Assembly: GCA_030141605.1 (NCBI GenBank)
Contig: JAQGDQ010000008.1
Span: 310,001-374,000 of the forward strand
Direction of reading: 5' to 3'
Length of the DNA: 64,000 nucleotides
From: Tubiluchus corallicola
Taxonomy: Eukaryota; Animalia; Priapulida
Part shown: positions 1 through 11,183 of the stretch, piece after piece
How positions within the stretch are numbered: position 1 is the stretch's first letter
How the letters are laid out: every line of letters starts with the position of its first letter
Program-made: the position numbers and the translations under genes
Notes under the pieces: model-generated
What the model was told of the DNA's origin: nothing
Seen by the model: only the letters and a program-made list of their open reading frames with translations
Databases searched by the model: none

Positions 1-214
1 GCTGTTGGGGTGCTCCGGATACCGCTAGGCACAATTGCTAACTACATATACACATGTGCCTTGTAAAAACAACTACATTGTGTCATTAACAACTAAAGTG
101 TACGTTAACAAATCAATGACAATAATACACTGGTATTGTAGGGTCTAGTGTTAGTTTGACTATTGGCTGAGTTTACGTGTCTTAAGGGCAGATTTTTTAT
201 AATTCTGCCTGCTC

Positions 215-320
215 AATAATGACGAAGACGACAACGATGATGATGAGTATGATGATAATGATGTTGGTGATGATGATGTGGATGATAATGGCAATAAAGA
301 TGACGATAATTGCATGATGA
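215..320. repeat. degenerate (GAT)n microsatellite
   Basis: Run of gat/gac/aat triplets; explains the Ser-rich ORF 160..417. Confidence 0.85.
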
Positions 321-824
321 TTTTCAGTGAAGGACGGAAAACCAAATTGTGAATTTGTATTTCAGAGATCCAGCTGTACTTAAATAAGCGTGATACACAA
401 GTCATTTTGTTGAGCAACCAAATTTAATGTTGTCTGATAAAAACAGTTACTACGTCGAAGCCCTAAACTAACTTAAAGTAAAGAATTTTATTTAGCAACC
501 ATTAAGAACCATTACTTTGTAACAACACATAAAGCTTCTGTAACAAAAAAAACTAATAGTTTAAGTCATTATAAGTTGCTAAACTAATAGTTTTTATTGA
601 GTAAATAAAAACTTTTTGAATGTGAATATTTAAAGGAAAAAGTACACTATTTTGTACCATGACATTATACTTACAGACGCCTTCCTAGACATTCATAGAC
701 TTAGAACATTAAATTCATTTATACATATCCTTCAGTAAGTGATTAACTGAAAGCTATTGATTTAATAATTTACACGTTTTTGTGCACTTTTACACTTACA
801 CACTCCATACATACATCGATTTCT

Positions 825-3140
825 CTAATTTTGCCCTTGGGCATCCTTTTGAATGCTGGCCAACTCTACTGAGCTTTCGATGGGTCTTTTATCTTCAGCA
901 TTGAGCAGTACTGTTTCGAAATGCACTATCTGTTTACCAAGTCGATCAACTGCGTAGTTAACGTGTTCATCTCTGGCTCGCGTCTCTGCTAGTACTTCAG
1001 TAACAGCTTCAATAAGTTTGGCATCTTTATCCGCATAAAATTCGTTCATGATTTCAGCACTTCTTATCTTCTCGCTAAAAATCTCTTTGCAGAAAGAAAT
1101 ACACTCAAGCAACTGTTGTTTGTTGGCTTCGCCATCTGTCCTGTCTTTGACGATATCTTCGCATTGTGACTTTAGCTTTAAGATGGCATTATATAAGCTG
1201 CAATTTGTTTCTCTGATGCATCGAAGTTTAGTGGCATGCGTGCGAATGTTCAACTCTATTGTTCTGCTTTCTGCTGCCTGCCGTTGCAACATTTCCAGAA
1301 ATTCTTTACTTTCATTCTCCGACGATACTCTACACTGCGCTCTGGGGTGTTGCAGTTTTTTAATTATTGTCCTTCCTTCATCAATTTCTTCATTAATGCA
1401 CATTCTTTGCACCATCAATGTATCCACTTCTTTTTGCTTGGCATTATACGCCTCCCCAGTCTCCTCCTTAACTCCTAGCAGCTCCTGTAGCTGCTCCGTT
1501 TCGTTTGCCATCTCAAAAATCTGAGATTTCTGAAACTCTGCGTGCTGATCCACAGTTTCTTCAATGATTGCAGCCTCATGTTCTAGATTCTCGTTCAGAA
1601 TGCTTAATTGTTTCACTTTCTCTTGGACATCAGTAGTTAGCTCAGTCACCATTTCAGACACAGTATTTAGTTTTTTCCATGCTTTTCCGATTTCACTGTC
1701 AAGAAGCTCTGCATAATTTAAAGCACAATCTCTCTTTGCTTCTAACTGAGGCATCACTTTAGCATGGTCAACAGACACTTCTTCGATATTGCTCTGCAAT
1801 GCATCTCTTTTTGTTTCTAGAGCTTCTCTTCTCTTTTGTTCGATACTAAGATCGTAACTGCACTTACAAATCATGTCTTCCAACAGCCTATTTTGCATTT
1901 CGTGCGCTTCTGCATCACGTTCAATGGTATCTTCCAAATCAATAATTTGGGTAGCCAACTCGCCGCACTCGTCTGCCTTTTTCTCGATGTCACTTTGAAG
2001 CAGAGAACGGGTTTTTTCAAGTCGACTTATTTCTTCCACATCTGCGTTGTAAACTTTCTCAACTTCATCATGTGCTGCTTGTGTTTTTTCGCTTTTTGAA
2101 ATAAGCTTCTCATTTGCAACTTTTACTTTGTCAAGTCCAATTTGAACACTGTCTAGTTTCATTTGAATTTGATTTTTCTCTGCCTCGAATTCTTTTTTTA
2201 CTTTTTCCGTTTCGATGCGCACGACTTCGGACTTCTCTTCCAACTTTTTTATGTCTTTCTCGTGCGACACCAAGCGTTCCTCAAGTTCTTTCTTGCTCTG
2301 CTTTCGCTTCTTTGTCGCTGCTTTTCGCGTGCCTATTTCAGTCACAGCGTCAAGGTATTCAGATGTTTTCCTCTTCAATTCTGCATTCAGTTTATGACAT
2401 TCCCCCTTTATTGCATCATTTTTTTCTTTCTGAACGTTAGTGAGTTTCTGTGTTTCTACAATCTCGTCATGCAAGTTGTTCAATTCTTTACCTGCTTCTA
2501 ATTTTTCCTCTTCTAGAGTTTCTTGAAAGGCGATAATTGACTCGTTTACGTCAGCGACTTCTTTCTCGGTTTTCTTTATTTTATATCTCAAATTATTGAG
2601 AGTTATCTGTTTTGTAGACCTTATTGATACATCATCATTTAGTTCTTTTATAAGCAGTGCATGAAGTTCGCGTTTTCCACTGATCTGTTGCTTAAGACTC
2701 ATATTTTCTTTTTCTGAAGCAAAAAGTTTGTCATCTAAAATTGCAGTTACCTCTTGTAGTTTTTGCGTTTCGCACTGAGTTTGTTCGATTCTTTTTGCAA
2801 CTACCTCTTCAGCTGCTTCTCTGAGTTTAGCCTCTTCTCGTTTTATTTTCGCTGGAAGCTCGACCATCACCAAACGCAGCTTGCTTAACATAATGGCCGC
2901 TATTTCCAGCTCATGAAGCAGCCCAAGTCTCTCATCGTTTAAACTTGTGACTGTGTCTATAACATCATCGACAAGGTCGTTGATTTTACTGTTTTTATCA
3001 TAGTTATCTTTCAGACTCGCTTGTCGCTGTGCATTCTTCTCAGCAAGAGCCTCCTTTAAATCTTTTAAACCTGCTAAAATGTCTTCGATGTCTGTGTTTG
3101 TTGTTTTGCTTAGTTTATCGATACTTTGATGTGCCATCAT
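825..3140 (-). CDS. intronless long coiled-coil protein, CCDC175-like (771 aa from first ATG)
   Basis: 2.3 kb uninterrupted E/K/L-rich heptad ORF. The track start at 3161 is TTG; first ATG is at 3140, with an in-frame TGA upstream at 3180-3182. The segment LNDERLGLLHELEIAAIMLSKLR..LPAKIKREE resembles the CCDC175 N-terminal block as I recall it. AATAAA on the minus strand near 593-598. The CDS is secure; the family call is tentative. Confidence 0.75.
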   Translation of the reverse strand: MMAHQSIDKLSKTTNTDIEDILAGLKDLKEALAEKNAQRQASLKDNYDKNSKINDLVDDVIDTVTSLNDERLGLLHELEIAAIMLSKLRLVMVELPAKIKREEAKLREAAEEVVAKRIEQTQCETQKLQEVTAILDDKLFASEKENMSLKQQISGKRELHALLIKELNDDVSIRSTKQITLNNLRYKIKKTEKEVADVNESIIAFQETLEEEKLEAGKELNNLHDEIVETQKLTNVQKEKNDAIKGECHKLNAELKRKTSEYLDAVTEIGTRKAATKKRKQSKKELEERLVSHEKDIKKLEEKSEVVRIETEKVKKEFEAEKNQIQMKLDSVQIGLDKVKVANEKLISKSEKTQAAHDEVEKVYNADVEEISRLEKTRSLLQSDIEKKADECGELATQIIDLEDTIERDAEAHEMQNRLLEDMICKCSYDLSIEQKRREALETKRDALQSNIEEVSVDHAKVMPQLEAKRDCALNYAELLDSEIGKAWKKLNTVSEMVTELTTDVQEKVKQLSILNENLEHEAAIIEETVDQHAEFQKSQIFEMANETEQLQELLGVKEETGEAYNAKQKEVDTLMVQRMCINEEIDEGRTIIKKLQHPRAQCRVSSENESKEFLEMLQRQAAESRTIELNIRTHATKLRCIRETNCSLYNAILKLKSQCEDIVKDRTDGEANKQQLLECISFCKEIFSEKIRSAEIMNEFYADKDAKLIEAVTEVLAETRARDEHVNYAVDRLGKQIVHFETVLLNAEDKRPIESSVELASIQKDAQGQN

Positions 3141-3399
3141 CCACTCATTAATATAATTCAAAAGGTGATTAAAAAACTTTCAAGTACTGGAATGTTTAAC
3201 TTTCCATGCAGACACGTTACTCCAAATAAGAAAAATTGTTGGTATTGTTGTTTCCATTTCAGTTATGCATTCCACGAGGATCATTGTCAAATTTGAATTT
3301 AGAACACAATCGAATTTTTAATTTTTCTTAAAAGATTACATTTGCAAAAATCTATCGTCTCAAGACTACTACCAAAATTAGCAAGGGCATTTTGTCAAC

Positions 3400-3429
3400 T
3401 GTTCCTTTGCTTGCTTGTTTGTTTGCTTG

Positions 3430-3467
<38 letters not shown>

Positions 3468-3482
3468 ATCTGTGTCTGTTGC
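3400..3482. repeat. (GTTT)/(GTCT)n microsatellite, possibly part of a Helentron-associated (HINE/DINE-like) element
   Basis: ttgcttgtttgtttgcttgttgtctgtctgtctg...gtccgtct; a similar tract lies at about 47080-47165. Confidence 0.55.
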
Positions 3483-5314
3483 CGCCCAATCCCCACACAA
3501 CAATGGTAAAATTAATGGTGTTTTCAAAAAGCATAACATTGAAGCACATTGCAGAGAATTTAGTAATTATCGTAATTTTATTTTTATGTACAACTGTTCA
3601 CAGAGCAAGTTTTTAATGATATGTTTGACAAATTTTAGGATAACAAAATAAATAAACACCGGTTACACAATACTGCATTTCTAGAAATATTATATTGCTT
3701 TGCAGCCCCTTAAAAAATTTTCTGTGCCTATCTGGTGGGTATTTGCGAGTATTATACGTAAAACAGATAAACTATCCTACTTTGAATGATAAGATAGTGC
3801 TATTAAAACCTAAATACTTTGTGGTCACTGTTTTTAATTTTCGGGTGAGCTCTGCGTACATCTTCCCTGAATAAGCTTAAGCATTTATTGAATAGGCTTG
3901 ATGTTGCTTCACGGAGACAGCGGTTGCTAAGTATTCACAGTGAACCAAAGTACTCCCAATAAACTATAAATTTTGTATGCACAACCAATCCAATGAAATG
4001 TATGTAAAACTACATGTTTTAGTACCTTTCGAACTTATTTACAGCTGTAACAGCTACTGGCTTTGGAACTATTATCATGTATATAATTCAATAAGTATGG
4101 TAAATAATGCAGCACATTGAAAAAAGTACATTTTTAAAGAACAAATATGGCACAACTCACATTTAGTAGTAAAGAACTTCTTTACAGACAACCTACATGT
4201 AATCAAACTTATTAATGGTGAATTTAAAACATTTTCACATTACCACCCACCAACAACTTTGCAATGAAAAAAGCACTAAAGCAAAGGAAAAACTATGAAA
4301 ATACTGACGTAATAACGTTCAGATGGTTAATTAAGACAATTCTTACTTTTTTATGCTGGGGTCGCAAAATAATGAAAACGAATAATTATCCATAAATTAA
4401 ATTATTATTGTAACAAAAACAGCGGTACACTCATGGCAAGAAAAACAAAAGTACATGCAATATAAATATTACACAATAATAAGCAAAATAAGTGACACAT
4501 CACATTTGTAAACATAATATTATTATTGTCTTTATAACAATGCATTGTTACAATCTGTAATTAAACTTCATCTAAGCTTATCTACAACAAAAAAATAGAG
4601 TTGTTAAAACAATACTAAGTAGTTCCAACAAATAAACCATTAACATATTAATAAAAACCCTGCGCCGATCATTCACCTAAGCAAGTATTGCAATGTGTAG
4701 GACTACTCTTGCGACGTTGCTCTAATAACAAGTTACGAAGTGCTGCGTATTCATTGATTGAATTTCATTTTGACAGTGATTGAGCTTTTGCCCGATAGAT
4801 GGCTCTACGCATTAATCTCGAGACTGGTCTAGAGAAAACAGTGCTAAATAAACGACTAGGCATCTGCACCCTTCGAGGTGTAACATGACTTGCCGCAGTT
4901 GTCAGACACGCGTGACAAATGTAGATTACGATGGTTTTACATTATTATATTACTAAGATGGTCTTTGTTTGTTTTATATATCACTAATATTGCACTGATG
5001 CAAAGTTCAATTTATTTACTGGTTTACTCATAGTCATAGATGTCGTTCAACTAGAAAAAATGACTTGTTCATCTTAAAAGATGTCATTACTTTTGTAGGG
5101 GATGCAAAATTTAATCAAAATTAATACACCTTAGGAGTTCTTTACAGTTACTATACTTCTTTACAATTAAATGCTTCAGTTTGGGACCCCCCCGCAGCCT
5201 AGTGTGAATGATTGCTTGAGCACCTTATTGTCAGTTTCACTATTATCTTTGATAATTATCTAGAAAAAGCAACCATTTCTTCTGACTGTTCTGTTAATAA
5301 AGGCAGTAACTAAT

Positions 5315-5457
5315 TCAACACAGGCAAATAAGATTTTTTCCCTTGAGAATTTCATCCTGAACTTTATCACTTGAAGTTGACACCTCAGCTTGCATGGAAA
5401 GCATAGCTGAGAGTAGAGTCAAGACCGTCCCGCCAATGGCCAAGTAGAAACCGAAAC
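5315..5457 (-). CDS. LHFPL2: LHFPL2-like tetraspan protein, last coding exon
   Basis: Acceptor tttcag at 5458-5463; (G)[46 protein letters not shown] matches the LHFPL2 C-terminus (..ATSSDKVQEEIEEGKNLICLL); phase fits the previous exon. Confidence 0.93.
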
Positions 5458-6785
5458 CTGAAATTAGCAAAAAAAAACTAGTGCCTGTCCACAATGGTTA
5501 CATTGTGACAGAAGTAAAATTGTTAACTAAGATAGGCAAATAAATTGTAATTAGCGAGTCACAAATTATATTTACGCCTATACTTTATACTATCATCTAG
5601 CTGACGGTTTTATGTACAGTCAACAAGGAAGGTGCAGAAAAATTGTGCACCAGCAGGATTCGAATTGAGAAGACGTCTGCAATTATAGTTTTGCAAGTTA
5701 TAGCAAAGCAGGCCTGAAAAGACTAAAATCTCGTCCTAGCAGCAGGCATTCCTAGGGACACTCAGTTAGTCAGTCACTTGTCTTTGTTTAAAAGCAAAGC
5801 CACTGCACTTCAACAGAGCACACGCTGCCATCGGCCATGAGGATGAAAATTCAATCAAAGGCAAGTAAAACCGATAATTATTCTTTTGTAGTGACTCGGA
5901 GAAGTGCATACGCGATTATCGACTAGTGAAAACTGGCGTCTGAAACTCCTGAACTCATTTAAAATTAAGATTGCATCATTTAAAATTCAACGCAGCAGCA
6001 AGAACAAAGACAGCCGCGATCCGTAGTACAAAGTAGTCAATGGAGCCAAAGTATCCATTTTCAGATAACGCAAGTGCGTCAACGGGGTACAGGAGTGTCC
6101 TCGAACAACAGGATTTAAAGTCAGTCTTTCAATACACATTATTTCACATGCACCAGCGCCAATGAGAAAACTTAACTTAATGAGAAATATAGCCATCCAC
6201 GCCAAATAATTAAAAATGTGATTTTTATTATTTTTAATTAACAAAAATAATAATTTTTATTTTTACTAATAAACCCTATACTGAACAGCAGAATTTTACA
6301 AACGAGTGTCCTCTTTCGACAACATGCAAAAACTTAACTCAAAATTGAGTTTGAAAGCACAACTCTTAGTATTACTATATTAATCAACGGATAACGCTGT
6401 GGCTTTAGAACCGCTTGTCAACAGAAAGATCAGAGTAATAAATTTGCCATTTTTCTCAACGTAGAATTTGAGAAATGCAGGAAAATGATCAAGACGAAGT
6501 TCTGACTAGGTTTCTAAAACAATGACAAAAAGCATTTCCGCTATTGACACAAACTGTTACAGCTTACAGTATGCACAATATTCCATTACGTCATGTTATC
6601 AACGCGACGCTTGTGAAATGTTTCATGCAGCAAATACGTGAAACAAAATAACTGCTAGGGAAAATTTGTTAGCAGATGAAAATCGCATTTCGTGGTAATA
6701 AAATGTATGCAGTCGCAATCTGATAACGCGATAGAGAATGCGAAATCGAATGTAGACGACGGAGCGAATAACAAACACCGGCTAA

Positions 6786-6912
6786 AGTTCATAATTCCCC
6801 CACACACAAGAAATTAGTTCATGAAGCGGATTAGGATTAGGGTTAGGATTAGCGTTCGGGTTAGGGATAGGGTTAAGGTTAGGGCATTTAAATTGTGTGG
6901 GAAATTAAAACT
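6786..6912. mobile_element. short inverted-repeat element with an internal telomere-like (TTAGGG) tract
   Basis: agttcataattcccccacacacaa ... ttgtgtgggaaattaaaact flank ttaggattagggttaggattagcgttcgggttagggatagggttaaggttaggg. Confidence 0.55.
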
Positions 6913-7328
6913 CCTTCCCAAACAAGGTGCATTGTGAAACAGCACCACAGTAAAAGCATTTACAACTCTTTTATCTCTGTCCTTTTAAAAAAATGACGTA
7001 GACAAGACTAATGGCCACTCAAGGTAAGGAACTACAGTAAAAAGCTGGAGAATAAATGTCCAGAGAAACGGAATTCATGTAACTAATTCATGTGTTTGCG
7101 ATAGATATCTGTTGACGTTCTGCTTAAACGGTGGTAGTTTTTAGGGAAACACATTTCTGTCAGGAAATCCACAGATAAGAAGCCCGAGGAAAAAACTGAA
7201 TTTTTAAGCACCCGTTCTACATTTGCTTTCATGTTTCGCTTACAGGGCACATAGGCAATTAATAGTTACAAAATTTGTAATATATCGGAAATTAATTACA
7301 CTAATGCTTTTTTCATATTAATGTTTAC

Positions 7329-7442
7329 CTAAACTGCACTTGTCCATGACAAACGGCCCAGCAGCTCTTCCACACTGATCCTGAACTCGTTCTGTCCCCC
7401 ATCCAGCTGGGTACATAAATATTGCAACGATGAAAAACAGGC
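7329..7442 (-). CDS. LHFPL2: LHFPL2-like, middle coding exon (114 nt, phase 1-1)
   Basis: ttttcag acceptor and gtaaac donor; (G)LFFIVAIFMYPAGWGTERVQDQCGRAAGPFVMDKCSL(G), carrying the family YPAGW motif. Confidence 0.93.
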   Translation of the reverse strand, partial: ACFSSLQYLCTQLDGGQNEFRISVEELLGRLSWTSAV

Positions 7443-8172
7443 CTGAAAATACAAACAGCGAATAAATGGCGATACTTATCGACCGTTCTGAAAGAAAATT
7501 GCTCGAATTTTGAGATTCTGTTTACTGCCGTAAAATAAATAAAGATCGTCGACAAAGACTATAGAACCATTCGGTTGACTAGTCAGATGGTATCAGTGTG
7601 TTTGTTGACATTTGGTCATTGACAGTGCTGCCCCATAGGGATAAAGTAGTACAGGCGTTTGCTAACAGCTTTCAGCTAAAGATGGAATAATTTTTCTTTT
7701 CCACAACTTTATAACTTTATATACAAATTAATTAAAAATTTCATGCTTAAAAATAACAAAGACAAAAACGAGATTTGCAGAACAGAAATTGAAAAGTGCT
7801 TTAACACCTCTCTCTAGAAAAATAAAGAACTATTTACTGCTTTATGTATGTTATGGGCCAATAGCAATTATAGTATTTGGGAAATACACCTACATATATT
7901 GCAATAAACATAGATAATGAGATACACATTCTGTTTACTAAATCAGCGAGCAAAGAGACTCTAAATTCCTAAGTACCACCATTTTCAATCTTGTTCAGAA
8001 TTATAATATTATTTTCACGGTCGTCATTACGTGATCATTATAGCCCGGCTACCATAATGTTTTAATCTTGAAGTCAAAGGCACCAGAAGCAAAACTGATT
8101 TGTTATTAACACATGAAAACCAGTCACAGAATAACACAGTTGCAATATAATTGACAGTGCAATACTTCCATG

Positions 8173-8551
8173 CAGGGGCACATGATCTTGTACGCTAGTA
8201 TAGGCTGCAGGCTAGGCCCCAACATGGGGGACCTCAAGCGTTGGTAACGCTCGATTAAAAATTCATTTTTTCACTACATATGCGTTGAAATATGTGCTAA
8301 TTTGGGTGCAGTAAATAACAAAATAGTAATATTCTTTTAAAGAATATTTTTAATGACAAGCAAAAATTATCTATTCTAGATTATTTTAATAATTTGCAAT
8401 AAAATTACTTCAAGCTGTGTAAATGTCGCTAAAAGAAAGCACGAGCAGAAAATATTCAAGACCTGTGTGGGAGAGTTAGAGGGTGACTCCGTCTGAGGAG
8501 CTCCATAATATCATTAGCCTAGGAGCCTCAAAAGGTCAAAATCCGGCCCTG
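8173..8551. mobile_element. non-autonomous hAT-like element
   Basis: CAGGGG...GCCCTG termini with an 8-bp near-identical target-site duplication, cttccatg (8165-8172) and ctttcatg (8552-8559). Confidence 0.7.
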
Positions 8552-9119
8552 CTTTCATGCAAAAAAATATAGGAAAAAAATCATATTTAATCACTTAATC
8601 CAAACGATAAAGAAGGAATAAACAAAATTTTAGAATATGACCTTTACTGAAACTAACACGTCTACAATGTTTAGCAAAAACACTTTTCTAATTTTTAATT
8701 ACTCTTTTTTTAAATGATTTCATGATACATGTTTCTGCTCACAACATTACGATGATGACTTTGTCTGTCAGTCAATTCAAATGGAAGCGAATTTGTGACT
8801 TTTGAACTCGTATCAAACAGAATTTCGGCGTTTTTGAATATCAATCGTATTCAAAATCAGTTTTAAAGATTTATGAATAAATTTTCCAAAATCACGAATA
8901 AAAGCGGTCTCAGAAACATCATGGATTTGCTAGATTTTGTTCTGCAGTAAAATCACTAATAATTTGTTTGTAAAAATTGTGCACAACTAATCGTGTCTAA
9001 ATTCATAAAGAACGTATGTAGTTGAAGTGCTAAATTTTTGCAATCTATAATTTTAGCTTCGATTCCTATTCAAACTGAAAAGAAACTGGTTGCAATAGAA
9101 TTCGTTCGATGCTCACCCC

Positions 9120-9425
9120 TGGTGGTCATGGAGATAATAACGATGGTGACGATCACTATAATACATGTAGTTACAAAGATAATACACGAAAAAATGTTTA
9201 GATGATGATGATGACGATGACGACGACGACGACGACGACGATGATGATGATGATGATGATACTGATTGTGATAATGATGATAACAAGATAACAATGGCAA
9301 TGCTCCTGATCACAATGATTGTGCTAATGAAAATGATGCCGATAATGGTGACAACAACGATGATATTGACGACGATCAGGATGATAACGACGACGATGGT
9401 AACAATGGTGATGGTGACAGTCATA
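9120..9425. repeat. (GAT/GAC)n microsatellite, interrupted by a transposon and continuing at about 9976-10040
   Basis: Direct sequence; source of the His/Ser/Ile-rich ORFs 9070..9424. Confidence 0.85.
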
Positions 9426-9429
9426 TTAA

Positions 9430-9971
9430 AGGAAAAAACAAACGACTGATTAGAGTCAATCTCATTTTCATTTACTGTCCAAAATAAACATTTTCTTGTC
9501 TAAAAAGTTGGCAATTGTATCTAATATTTGAATAATTACCTTGGAAAGTTACCTTGACAACTGAACACAGCTATCGCTTATGTCACAAACTAAACACAGG
9601 TTTGTGCAGTGGTAGGCATCTTCCCTGTGCATCAAGCACATTTGTGTAAGTGCAAAATGCTATAAGATGCTGATGTGATGTCACGAAAATGAGCTCTACA
9701 TCCTCACACTGACGCCACAGATGAACACTGTGGTTCATGATCAGACAGTACCGTGCCTATTTGTTGGCCATTCAAATGTGAAAAAAGGCACCATTGCCAG
9801 TCTTGGTGGATTCAGTAAGCCACGTGTAGCTTTGAAAGTTTAACAAAATTTAACTATCTAAGGTAATTATTATTTAATCTAAGCTTTGATTTAAAAAAAC
9901 TGTTGTAGTTTTCAATATATTAAAGCAAACTTTATTCTGAACTAATGTCTACACAATCGTCCAGTTTTTCT
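9430..9971. mobile_element. TTAA-flanked non-autonomous DNA transposon (Kolobok-like), copy 1
   Basis: TTAA at 9426-9429 and 9972-9975; AG...CT termini with imperfect TIRs; colinear with 13300-13923 over its whole length. Confidence 0.75.
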
Positions 9972-10075
9972 TTAATGAGGTTGATGATAATGTGGCAGTG
10001 GTGATAATCAAGTCGATGATAATATGGTTCTAGTGATGTTGACGGAAACTGTAATTACAAGACAAGTTTACTCAC

Positions 10076-10559
10076 CTGCAATACCTTGCAAAAGCCCACT
10101 AATGGTAAATAAGCTTTTCTTGCAAAAACTTTGAATACAAAAACCAAGAATTGCATTTATAATTGTTATTATCATAAGAAATAAGCCTAAGCCAAAGAAG
10201 ATCACTGACGTCTTCCAAAAGTTCGACCAATTCTTGTCCAACATGTCAAAGCCTTCTACAAAGGGGGCACACAGGTCTGTGAAATGAGAGTCAAAAGTAC
10301 GCACTTTCGTACACCGGTTGTACAATCCGATGGTTGGATGTCCTTCTGTAGTCTGATCTTCTTGAATGGTAAGGTGATACTCAGGTCCAACTAGCCATAA
10401 GGGTGACATGATCGCTGCTATGACGACCAACGTGGAGATGACGGTCATCAAGGACCAGATCAACGTCCTACATGTGATTATCACATAGCACTGCGAGGAC
10501 TTGCTTTGCCTCACCTTCTCAGAAGGAGGCCACACGGTAGTGTAATAAGCTTTAGACAT
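10076..10559 (-). CDS. LHFPL2: LHFPL2-like, first coding exon
   Basis: CYVIITCRTLIWSL...PTIGLYNRC...FWKTSVIF...CIQSFCKKSLFTISGLLQGIA(G) aligns with LHFPL2. Donor gtgagt at 10075; upstream acceptor tttcag at 10653-10658; first in-frame ATG at 10559. The start is uncertain (see findings). Confidence 0.92.
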
Positions 10560-11090
10560 GGTACAAAGAGCGAGACTTAGACTGTGAAGATCTTCCACAA
10601 GCGGAGCCTCTTCGTTAGCCAAGAAGGGTGGTTAAGACACCATCATTGAAATCTGAAACATAAAACTAAATGTGAAAAACACAAGATGATAATAGATAAA
10701 GCATAAAATATGACAGGCCAAGTACATGGATGCTCCAAGAATATTCCAATAAAATCTACATATACATGAATAATTTGTGGAGCACACAAATGCCTAGAAA
10801 CGGCATTTTAAAAAGGACCTACCCAAGAATAATTTTAAATTTTGAGTGACAATAAACCAAGAAGACTGTAGTGCCAGCTATTATATACTATTGAATGCAA
10901 ATTATGTAATCTATTGCAGGATGTTTCCGTCGTTAAGAAATTTATTTCGCATTATCCAATTTCGTACATCACTGCTTTATGAAGTAGCGCTAATCGAGAC
11001 TATGCCTATTAACTTGCAAACCTGCCACTACTAGTGAACTGATTCATTTACAGGCCTAAAGGTGCATATACTTCACGTAACACGTCACAT

Positions 11091-11183
11091 ATCACTCATC
11101 TATTCACTACCCAGTTACAGCATTGCCTAACTTCTGTCGCTAAGCACACACCGTGACCACTTCAACTCACCTGCTAGAAACAT
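11091..11183 (-). mobile_element. 5S-rRNA-derived SINE head, degenerate
   Basis: Minus strand reads gcttagcgacagaagttaggcaatg...gtagtgaatagatgagtga, resembling the 5S internal control region; shares cacctgctagaaacat with 16200-16215. Confidence 0.6.

Noticed and set aside
1048-2501. Several + strand ORFs of 60-158 aa
   Set aside because: Antisense shadows of the long coiled-coil CDS; no recognisable motifs.
9070-9424. His/Arg- and Ile/Ser-rich ORFs
   Set aside because: Translations of a GAT/GAC microsatellite.
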